From the NCBI GenBank assembly GCA_016867315.1, contig VGJV01000004.1, forward strand, positions 37,431 through 101,430: a stretch of 64,000 nucleotides of DNA. The letters run 5' to 3'. This DNA is from Candidatus Liptonbacteria bacterium. Its GTDB lineage: Bacteria > Patescibacteriota > Minisyncoccia > UBA6257 > 2-01-FULL-56-20. A program made the translations under genes and the position numbers. This document shows, one piece after another, positions 55,309-62,884 of the stretch (the stretch's first letter is position 1; each line of letters begins with the position of its first letter). Below the pieces are notes generated by a model. The model did not search any database. It was given only the letters and a program-made list of their open reading frames with translations, and was not told where the DNA came from.

Positions 55309-56175
55309 ATGTCATATCTTCTTCATCTCGCTACTTTTTTCGGGATTTACGCCATATTAGGAGTAAGTCTTAATCTGCTCATCGGCTATACCGGTCTTGT
55401 GTGGATAGCTCATGCAGCCACGTTCGCGGTGGGTGCATATGCAGGAGCATTATTCGCGACGAAACTCGCCCTCAACTTTTTCCTTGCCATGCTCCTAGCT
55501 ATGCTTGTTGCGGGAATCTTGGGCTCTCTTACTGGCTGGATTTTCTCCCGACTCGGGGGCGACTATTACATGCTCGCGAGCGTAAGTTGGAATTATATTG
55601 TGGTGAGTGTTCTCATAAATTGGGAGAGCCTCACCAACGGTCCTTTGGGAATTTCAGGAATTCCCAAGCCTTCCCTTGGAGAACTTTCCTTTGCGGAGCC
55701 GACAAAGTTTTTTTTGTTGACGCTTGTGCTTTTGGGAATTGTCTATGCCGCTGCGCGGTTTATTACTAATTCTTCGTTCGGCCGGGTGATAAAAGCTATT
55801 CGGGAAGACGAGCAGGCAGCCAAAGTGTTTGGATATAACACACTTATGTACAAGGTAGCCATTTCTGGAATGGGAGCGGCGATGGCAGGGATTGCGGGAG
55901 TACTTCTGGCCTCATATATAGGATTTGTAGATCCTTCTTCGTTCGACGTGATGGAATCCATCTTCATCTTGGCAATAGTGGTAGTGGGAGGATTCGCGAA
56001 TATCCGAGGGTCTCTGGTGGGAGCGCTCGCGTTGGTGCTTCTCCCGGAACTATTGCGTTTTGCGGGCTTCCCGGCGGAAATTGCCGCACACGTTCGCTTG
56101 GGTCTTTACGGATTGGCACTTATTCTCTTCATGCTGTACCGGCCTCAGGGAATCATAGGAGAGTATAAATTCTGA
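55309..56175 (+). CDS. livM: branched-chain amino acid ABC transporter permease LivM
   Basis: Second permease of the cluster; start codon overlaps livH stop (TAAATG). Confidence 0.8.
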   Translation: MSYLLHLATFFGIYAILGVSLNLLIGYTGLVWIAHAATFAVGAYAGALFATKLALNFFLAMLLAMLVAGILGSLTGWIFSRLGGDYYMLASVSWNYIVVSVLINWESLTNGPLGISGIPKPSLGELSFAEPTKFFLLTLVLLGIVYAAARFITNSSFGRVIKAIREDEQAAKVFGYNTLMYKVAISGMGAAMAGIAGVLLASYIGFVDPSSFDVMESIFILAIVVVGGFANIRGSLVGALALVLLPELLRFAGFPAEIAAHVRLGLYGLALILFMLYRPQGIIGEYKF

Positions 56176-56176
56176 C

Positions 56177-56914
56177 ATGCCAAATATACCGCTCGAAATT
56201 AAAAATCTGGAAAAACAGTTCGGTGGAGTGCACGCTTTGGATCGTGTATCGCTTAAAATAATGCCCGGCACAATAAGTGGAATTGTTGGTCCGAATGGGT
56301 CGGGGAAAAGTACGCTCATCAATCTTTTGAGCGGCCTTCTTCCTTTTGATGGGGGAAGAGTCCTCATAGGTGGTCGGGAATTGAACCGTATCATTCCGCA
56401 TAAAGCTCCCTCATATGGAATAACGAGGACGTTTCAAAACATCAGGCTTTTCGAGCAGCTCCCGGTATTGGATAACATCCTTTTTGCGCTCACGGACAGA
56501 GGGGTATTCGGCGCGCTTTTCGAGAAGCACGGCGCTTCTCACCTTGCGCAAGCCGAAGAGGTATTAAAGATGGTAGGGCTTTGGGAGAAAAGAAATGAGC
56601 TGGCGATAAATCTCTCCTACGGCCAGCGGAAACTTTTAGAAATCGGAAGAGTGTATGCAATGAAAAGTGAGGTCTTTCTCTTCGATGAGCCTTTCGCGGG
56701 TTTGTTCCCGGCAATGGTAGAAACTGTGGCCGAAGTGTTCCGTACCCTCAAAGCTCAGGGTAAAACTATTATTTTGGTCGAGCACGATATGGGGCTTATT
56801 CGAAAACTCACGGATTACGTGTTCGTACTCGATTCAGGAGAACTCCTCGCCGAAGGGAAGCCGAATGACGTGCTCTCAAAAAAAGAAGTTATAGAAGCAT
56901 ACTTAGGCGAATGA
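56177..56914 (+). CDS. livG: branched-chain amino acid ABC transporter ATP-binding protein LivG
   Basis: Walker A GPNGSGKST, signature LSYGQRK, Walker B FLFDEP. Confidence 0.85.
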   Translation: MPNIPLEIKNLEKQFGGVHALDRVSLKIMPGTISGIVGPNGSGKSTLINLLSGLLPFDGGRVLIGGRELNRIIPHKAPSYGITRTFQNIRLFEQLPVLDNILFALTDRGVFGALFEKHGASHLAQAEEVLKMVGLWEKRNELAINLSYGQRKLLEIGRVYAMKSEVFLFDEPFAGLFPAMVETVAEVFRTLKAQGKTIILVEHDMGLIRKLTDYVFVLDSGELLAEGKPNDVLSKKEVIEAYLGE

Positions 56915-57054
56915 GCCAATTTATAATATCTAATTACTAATTTCTAAGTAAACTCCAATGATTAAAATCCCAAACCATTTCGTATTTGAGAAATTCGGAT
57001 TTGGGCATTATTTAGAAATTAGATATTAGGAATTAGAAATTTTAAGCGAAAACA

Positions 57055-57783
57055 ATGAAAGAAATTTTATTAGAGCTTCGCGATATTCATGTCCACTATG
57101 GTGGCGTAAAGGCGCTCGACGGCGCGAGTGTTTCTTTGGACGAGGGGGAAATCGTAGCCCTGATGGGTCCGAATGGAGCAGGGAAGTCCACGATCCTCAA
57201 AGCGATTTTTGGAATCTCGCCGATGGAATCCGGCGAAGTACGGTGGCATGGAATCTCCATCCGCCCCGTGCCGCATGAAGTGGTAGCGCGGGGAATTTCT
57301 TTTGTCCCACAAGGACGGCGGGTATTTCCCGGATTGAGCGTGGAGGAAAATTTGGAAGTAGGAGGATTTCTCGTGAGGGATAAAAAGGAGCGGCAAAGGC
57401 GAATGCGGGAAGTAATGGAATTTTTCCCGGTATTGAAACGCAAGCGAACACTCGATGCTTCGGCGCTCTCCGGTGGGGAGCAGCAGATGCTCGCAATCGC
57501 GCGCGGGATGATCACGGATCCTAAAATACTTCTTCTCGATGAGCCTTCTTTAGGCTTGGCTCCTAAGGTAGTGAAAGAAGTTTTTGCAAAGATAAAAGAG
57601 ATAAGTGACCGGCATAAAACCGCGATTATGGTGGTGGAGCACAATTTAATGTCGCTCCTTTCTATAGCAAGCCGAGCGTATGTGCTCGACAAGGGAAAAG
57701 TGGTGGCCGAGGGGGAATCAAGGCGGGTAGTGGAAAGCGGAATCCTCGAAAAAGTGTTCCTGGGGGGAGAAAAGGCAATCTAG
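57055..57783 (+). CDS. livF: branched-chain amino acid ABC transporter ATP-binding protein LivF
   Basis: Walker A GPNGAGKST, signature LSGGEQQ, Walker B LLLDEP. Confidence 0.85.
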   Translation: MKEILLELRDIHVHYGGVKALDGASVSLDEGEIVALMGPNGAGKSTILKAIFGISPMESGEVRWHGISIRPVPHEVVARGISFVPQGRRVFPGLSVEENLEVGGFLVRDKKERQRRMREVMEFFPVLKRKRTLDASALSGGEQQMLAIARGMITDPKILLLDEPSLGLAPKVVKEVFAKIKEISDRHKTAIMVVEHNLMSLLSIASRAYVLDKGKVVAEGESRRVVESGILEKVFLGGEKAI

Positions 57784-57784
57784 G

Positions 57785-57815
57785 AAAAGTGGGGAATCCC
57801 CACTTTTCTGCATTT
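57785..57815 (+). terminator. rho-independent terminator after livF
   Basis: AAAAGTGGGG-AAT-CCCCACTTTT then CTGCATTTT. Confidence 0.5.
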
Positions 57816-58008
57816 TAGGGGAAGGGGTGTGGATAGGTTCAAATTTAATTGTTAAGAGCCCTTATAAAATAAGGGTTTTTTGGCATTCAGCTTCAATATT
57901 TCTTCATTTTTGACAGTGCAGAATGGTGGTGTAACATTAAACCAAAGTGGTGAGATGTGGATAAAGGTGGGGATAAAGCCTCCAAAAACATCACTTCTGG
58001 GGATAACT

Positions 58009-58440
58009 ATGCTTCTCGGCGAATACAACCACACATTGGATAACAAAGGTCGGATGGCGATCCCAGCCAAGTTTAAAGACGTGCTTGGCACCGGGGCCAT
58101 TATTACGCGAGGTTTGGATAATTGTTTGTTTTTGTTTGCCGCTAAAGAGTGGCAAACCCTGGTCGAAAAACTTATGGCACTGCCTTTGGCGCAGGCGAAC
58201 TCCCGGGCATTTGTCCGGTTGATGCTCGCGGGAGCCATGGATGTGACAGTCGATAATCAAGGCCGTATTCTTATTCCCGATTATTTGCGGAAATATGGAG
58301 GCCTGAAGAAAGAAGTGACCATTGCGGGCTTGCACAACCGCGCGGAAATTTGGGACAGCGAACGCTGGCAGGAATACAAACGGAAAACCGAAGGTGCTTC
58401 CGAGGAAATTGCCGAGAAGCTGGGAGAATTAGGTATTTAA
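58009..58440 (+). CDS. mraZ: transcriptional regulator MraZ
   Basis: MLLGEYNHTLDNKGRMAIPAKF and second DNQGRILIPDYL repeat (duplicated MraZ/SpoVT-AbrB domains); ORF-track start 57880 is an upstream extension. Confidence 0.8.
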   Translation: MLLGEYNHTLDNKGRMAIPAKFKDVLGTGAIITRGLDNCLFLFAAKEWQTLVEKLMALPLAQANSRAFVRLMLAGAMDVTVDNQGRILIPDYLRKYGGLKKEVTIAGLHNRAEIWDSERWQEYKRKTEGASEEIAEKLGELGI

Positions 58441-58494
58441 CTAGTAACTTATGACTAATAACTAATGACAGTTATAAGTCATGGGTCATAAGTC

Positions 58495-59520
58495 ATGAGT
58501 CATACCCCCGTTCTTTTAAAGGAGGTTTTAGATCTGCTTGATCCTAAGCCTGGAAATTTCGTAATAGACGGTACGGTAGATGGCGGAGGACACGCCAGAG
58601 CGATCCTCTCACGCATAAGTCCGGGAGGAACACTATTGGGAGTAGATTGGGATGCGCGGATGATCGCGAATTCCAAAATCCAAAGCTCAAATTCCAAAGT
58701 AGTTCTGGTGCACGGCAATTATGCCGACCTTCCGGATATCCTTCGAGAACAAAAACTTCCAAAAGCGGACTTCGTCTCGCCGAAGGGAGACTCCATCCCT
58801 CCGAAGGCGGACTTCGTCTCGCCGAAGGGAGACTCCATCCCTCCGAAGGCGGACTTCGTCTCGCCGAAGGGAGACTCCATCCCTCCGAAGGCGGACTTCG
58901 TCTCGCCGAAGGCGGATGGTCTTCTTCTGGACTTGGGATTTTCTTCCGAACAAATCGACGCCGAAGGCAGGGGAATGAGTTTTCTCCGGGATGAACCGCT
59001 GCGAATGACCTATAGCGACGATCAAGATCCCGTGTCAAAAATTCTGCGTGAGCTAAGCGAAAGAGATTTAACCAAAATCCTTCGCGAATATGGAGAAGAA
59101 AGATATGCCCCGCGGATTGCGAAAGCAATCAAAGAAAGTCTCAATAAAGGATCCGTTGAAACCACCGGGCGCTTAGCGGAAATTATTGCCGAAGCGGTAC
59201 CTCGGAATTACGAGCGGGGAAGAATCCATCCCGCCACCCGCACTTTTCAAGCGCTGCGGATATATGCGAATGCCGAACTTGAGAACCTCACGAAGGTGTT
59301 GCAAGCACTTCCTGGGATTCTCAACATGGGCGGACGCGTAGCGATTCTTACCTTTCATTCACTCGAGGACCGCATCGTAAAGCACACTTTCCGAGCAATG
59401 GAAAAAGAAGGCGTACTCGAAGTGCTGACGAAGAAGCCCGTAGAAGCCAGTGAGAGCGAAATGCAAGAAAATCCTCGTAGCCGTTCTGCAAAATTAAGAG
59501 CCGCACTAATAAAAAGCTGA
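58495..59520 (+). CDS. rsmH: 16S rRNA (cytosine1402-N4)-methyltransferase RsmH (MraW) carrying an in-frame 14-aa tandem-repeat insertion
   Basis: HTPVLLKEVLDLL, DGTVDGGGHA, LLDLGFSSEQ, HSLEDRIVK motifs; insertion (KADFVSPKGDSIPP)x3.5 between motif regions. Confidence 0.85.
   Translation: MSHTPVLLKEVLDLLDPKPGNFVIDGTVDGGGHARAILSRISPGGTLLGVDWDARMIANSKIQSSNSKVVLVHGNYADLPDILREQKLPKADFVSPKGDSIPPKADFVSPKGDSIPPKADFVSPKGDSIPPKADFVSPKADGLLLDLGFSSEQIDAEGRGMSFLRDEPLRMTYSDDQDPVSKILRELSERDLTKILREYGEERYAPRIAKAIKESLNKGSVETTGRLAEIIAEAVPRNYERGRIHPATRTFQALRIYANAELENLTKVLQALPGILNMGGRVAILTFHSLEDRIVKHTFRAMEKEGVLEVLTKKPVEASESEMQENPRSRSAKLRAALIKS
58765..58911 (+). repeat. 42-bp perfect tandem repeat, about 3.5 copies, in-frame within rsmH
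   Basis: Unit GCGGACTTCGTCTCGCCGAAGGGAGACTCCATCCCTCCGAAG at 58765, 58807, 58849 and partial at 58891. Confidence 0.9.
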
Positions 59521-59558
59521 TTCTATTTTCTAATTTCTACTTTCTATTTTCTAAATTT

Positions 59559-59882
59559 ATGACCTTCATAAAACCACATACCCAAAAAAGTTTAATAACG
59601 TTTATACTTATAGGTATGGTGTGCCTCCTTATCGTGGGAGGAGCCATGCTGGTATTTGCGTATACGCGATTTAACGATACGGAACTTAGTCTGCGCATTG
59701 CGAAGGAAAACTTCCAGAAACAGCAAGCGGAAAATGCTCGTCTTAAAGGAGAGCTTCTTTCCTTGTTTGATGCTACAAATCTTGCAACCTTCGCGGGAGA
59801 GCGTTCATTAGTGCTCGAGAAAAAACCTTCATATATAGAAGTGGATCGTAATTCTCAATGGCATTTCGCTTCGGGACGTTAG
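59559..59882 (+). CDS. ftsL: cell division protein FtsL-like (single TM + coiled coil)
   Basis: 107 aa, N-terminal TM helix, position between rsmH and ftsI. Confidence 0.55.
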   Translation: MTFIKPHTQKSLITFILIGMVCLLIVGGAMLVFAYTRFNDTELSLRIAKENFQKQQAENARLKGELLSLFDATNLATFAGERSLVLEKKPSYIEVDRNSQWHFASGR

Positions 59883-61510
59883 TAGTAATAGTAATTACAG
59901 GATACGCCGCATTAATATGGCGCCTTTATGATCTCCAATTAGTTCGCGGGGAGCAGTTTTTGGCGCGTGCAGAGTCCCAATACAAAGCTGCAGTGTCTCT
60001 CGAAGCCCCGCGGGGTGTCATCTATTTCACGGCGAAGCAGGGGGATCGTTTTCCGGTGGCGTTGAATAAGGAATTCCCGAGCGTCTACGCAGTGCCCAAA
60101 GTGGTGGAAGACTCCAAAGAAGCCGCAAACATGCTTGCGGGGATTTTGCCGCTTACTGTGGAAGAGCTTCAAGTAAAGCTTTCGAAAAGGCAAAGCTCCT
60201 ATGAATTATTAGGAAAGAAAGTGAGCGAAAAAGTGGCAAAAGAGATAGAAGAATTGAAATTGAAAGGAATTTACACGGATACCACTTTGGGGAGGTTTTA
60301 TCCGCAGGGCTCGATGGCCGCGCATGTCCTTGGATTTGTGGGACCGGCAGGCAAAGAAGAGGGTGATCGAGGAAGATATGGCGTCGAGGAATTTTATGAT
60401 CAAAAACTCCGCGGGCTGGCAGGAGAGAAAAAAGACGCTTGGTTTACCACTCCCGAAGCCGGAGAAGAAATAGTGCTCACGCTCGATCCGGTAATTCAGC
60501 TCGAAACAGAGCGGATTTTGAAGGATCTCGTGGCGCAATACCGAGCCCAGGGCGGAAGCATTATTGTGCAGGAACCTAAAACCGGAAAAATTCTTTCGAT
60601 GGCCAGTTTCCCCACGTTTGACCCAAATGCCTATGGAGTCTCGCCGTTAGAGAATTTTTTGAATCCGCTGGTGCAAAAAATTTATGAGCCGGGTTCGGTA
60701 CTCAAGGTAATCACGATGGCGAGTGCCATTGACGCGGGGAAGATCACCCCAGAAACCACGTACACAGACACGGGAAAACTGACGCTCAATAAGCGCACGA
60801 TCAAGAATTTTGATTACGATACGAAAGGGACGCACGGAAAAGTGTCCATGACGTACGTGATCGCGCATTCTTTGAACACCGGAGCGGTATTTGCTGAGCA
60901 GAGATTAGGAAACGATGCCTTCTTGTCGTATTTGAAAAAATTCGGCTTGGATCAGAAAACCGGAATTTCGCTACCGGGGGAATTGAAAGGGAGCCTCCGG
61001 CCGCTCTTAGAACGGGGAGCGACTGATATCGCGTTTGCCACCGCTTCCTATGGGCAGGGAATTGCGGTAACGCCTTTAGAGCTCATTCAGGCGGTAGGAG
61101 CAATCGCAAACGGAGGAAATTTGATGCGTCCCTATCTCGATGCCGGAATGAAGCCCGAGGTGGTGCGCCGAGTGATAAGCGAAGAAGCCGCGAAAGCCAC
61201 TGCTAAGATGATGATAGCCGCCGTAGATCGGGCGGAGATCGCCAAAATTAATGGCTACGCAATTGCGGGCAAAACCGGCACGGCGTTTGTGCCTGACTTC
61301 AAAAAAGGTGGATATACGGAAAACGTAATCAACACATATGTGGGGTTTGGTCCGGTAAGCGATCCGCGTTTTATTATTTTGATCAAATTAGATCAGCCTC
61401 CGGACGCCCCGCTCGCAGGGTTTTCGGTAGTACCCGCGTTTCAAAACCTCGCGCAATTTGTATTGAACTATTATGGAATTGCGCCGGATAGGCTTCCTAA
61501 TAATCAGTGA
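59858..61510 (+). CDS. ftsI: peptidoglycan D,D-transpeptidase FtsI / class B penicillin-binding protein
   Basis: N-terminal TM, dimerisation domain, transpeptidase motifs SVLK (SxxK), SLN (SxN), KTGTA (KTG). Confidence 0.85.
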   Translation: MAFRFGTLVVIVITGYAALIWRLYDLQLVRGEQFLARAESQYKAAVSLEAPRGVIYFTAKQGDRFPVALNKEFPSVYAVPKVVEDSKEAANMLAGILPLTVEELQVKLSKRQSSYELLGKKVSEKVAKEIEELKLKGIYTDTTLGRFYPQGSMAAHVLGFVGPAGKEEGDRGRYGVEEFYDQKLRGLAGEKKDAWFTTPEAGEEIVLTLDPVIQLETERILKDLVAQYRAQGGSIIVQEPKTGKILSMASFPTFDPNAYGVSPLENFLNPLVQKIYEPGSVLKVITMASAIDAGKITPETTYTDTGKLTLNKRTIKNFDYDTKGTHGKVSMTYVIAHSLNTGAVFAEQRLGNDAFLSYLKKFGLDQKTGISLPGELKGSLRPLLERGATDIAFATASYGQGIAVTPLELIQAVGAIANGGNLMRPYLDAGMKPEVVRRVISEEAAKATAKMMIAAVDRAEIAKINGYAIAGKTGTAFVPDFKKGGYTENVINTYVGFGPVSDPRFIILIKLDQPPDAPLAGFSVVPAFQNLAQFVLNYYGIAPDRLPNNQ

Positions 61511-61513
61511 TCA

Positions 61514-62794
61514 ATGATTAATACTTTGCGTAACATTCTTCGTTGGAAAATAGCCACGCTCGCGCGCCTCACGGTGCGGCGTTTTGCGCCCGGAATTGTG
61601 GGAGTTACCGGCAGTGTGGGTAAAACTTCGACCAAGCTCGCGATCGGGGCGGTATTGGGAATGAGCCGCAGGGTGCGGGTAGCTCCGGGGAATTTAAATA
61701 ATGAGTTGGGGTTGCCTCTCGCTATTTTGGGGAATTGGAGCGAAAAGGACATTCGACGCGTAAGCCGGGAAGGCAGGGGCGGAATATTCAGCAAAGGATT
61801 TTTTTGGTGCAAAGTGTTGATTCTCGGGTTTTTCCGTTTCCTTTTTCTTCCCAAGCGCGCATATCCCGAAATTTTAGTTCTAGAATATGGAGCAGATAAA
61901 CCTGGGGATTTGAAAGAGCTTATCGCGATTGCAAAGCCGAGCGTAAGCGTAATTACCGCGGTAGGAGAAGTGCCGGTGCATGTGGAATTTTACGCCAACC
62001 AGCAGGAAGTAGCCCGGGAGAAAGCCAGGCTCATCGAGTGTTTGCCTTCTGCCGGATTTGCGGTCTTAAACTTCGACGATCCCACGGTAATGGCCTTAAA
62101 AGACCGAACCCGAGCCCATCTCACCACCTTTGGATTTAACAAGGGAGCGGAAGTGGAGCTCGCGCGTTTTGAGCATCGAGTAGTAGAGGGAGAGCCTATG
62201 GGCATTTCAGTGAAGATCGTCCATAGCGGCAGTTTCGTGCCGGTGCGAATTGAGGGAGTGTTCGGCAAGGCGCATGCCTACGCGGCCGGCGCCGCCACGG
62301 CAGTAGGGTTGATATTCGGAATGAATCTCGTGTCAATCTCCGAAGCCTTAAAGCATTACGTCCCCGCTCCAGGCAGGATGGAGTTGCGAAGGGCGGTGAA
62401 AGAAGCGCTCCTGCTTGATGATTCCTATAACGCCAGTCCGCTCTCTATGCGCGCGGCGTTAGAAACTCTCCAAGATCTTCCGGCCAAACGGCGCATCGCA
62501 GTTTTGGGAGATATGCTCGAGATCGGTTCCTATGCCATGCAGGCCCATGAGGCCTTAGGCCGCCCCGTGTCCGAGAGCGTGGATATATTGATTACGGTAG
62601 GTCCTCGCGCCCGCTTCATCGCCGATGGAGCCGTTCGTGCCGGAATGGAAAAAGAAAAAGTATTCCGCTTCGATGAAGCCGAAGAGGCGATAGATACCGT
62701 GCACGACCTTCTCCGCAAAGGTGATTTAGTACTCGTCAAAGGCTCCCACGCAATGCACCTGGAACAAATTGTCGAATCTATAAAAATAAGGTAA
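61514..62794 (+). CDS. murF: UDP-N-acetylmuramoyl-tripeptide--D-alanyl-D-alanine ligase MurF
   Basis: Mur ligase P-loop VGVTGSVGKTSTK and MurF-type LLDDSYNASPLSMRAAL motif. Confidence 0.8.
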   Translation: MINTLRNILRWKIATLARLTVRRFAPGIVGVTGSVGKTSTKLAIGAVLGMSRRVRVAPGNLNNELGLPLAILGNWSEKDIRRVSREGRGGIFSKGFFWCKVLILGFFRFLFLPKRAYPEILVLEYGADKPGDLKELIAIAKPSVSVITAVGEVPVHVEFYANQQEVAREKARLIECLPSAGFAVLNFDDPTVMALKDRTRAHLTTFGFNKGAEVELARFEHRVVEGEPMGISVKIVHSGSFVPVRIEGVFGKAHAYAAGAATAVGLIFGMNLVSISEALKHYVPAPGRMELRRAVKEALLLDDSYNASPLSMRAALETLQDLPAKRRIAVLGDMLEIGSYAMQAHEALGRPVSESVDILITVGPRARFIADGAVRAGMEKEKVFRFDEAEEAIDTVHDLLRKGDLVLVKGSHAMHLEQIVESIKIR

Positions 62795-62806
62795 ATTATT
62801 GCGTAC

Positions 62807-62884
62807 GCCGCCATCGTCTAGCCCGGCCTAGGACACTGCGTTCTCAGCGCAGGAACACCGGTTCGAATCCGGTTGGCGGCACCA
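62807..62884 (+). tRNA. tRNA-Glu(CTC)
   Basis: GCCGCCA-TC-GTCTAGCCCGGCCTAGGAC-A-CTGCG-TTCTCAG-CGCAG-GAAC-ACCGGTTCGAATCCGGT-TGGCGGC-A-CCA; D-arm GTCTAG..AGGAC typical of tRNA-Glu. Confidence 0.8.

Noticed and set aside
58765-58911. CRISPR array
   Set aside because: The only regular tandem repeats are the 42-bp in-frame coding repeat in rsmH with no spacers, and a 6-bp x4 TCTAGC run at 29291. No repeat-spacer architecture or cas genes are present.
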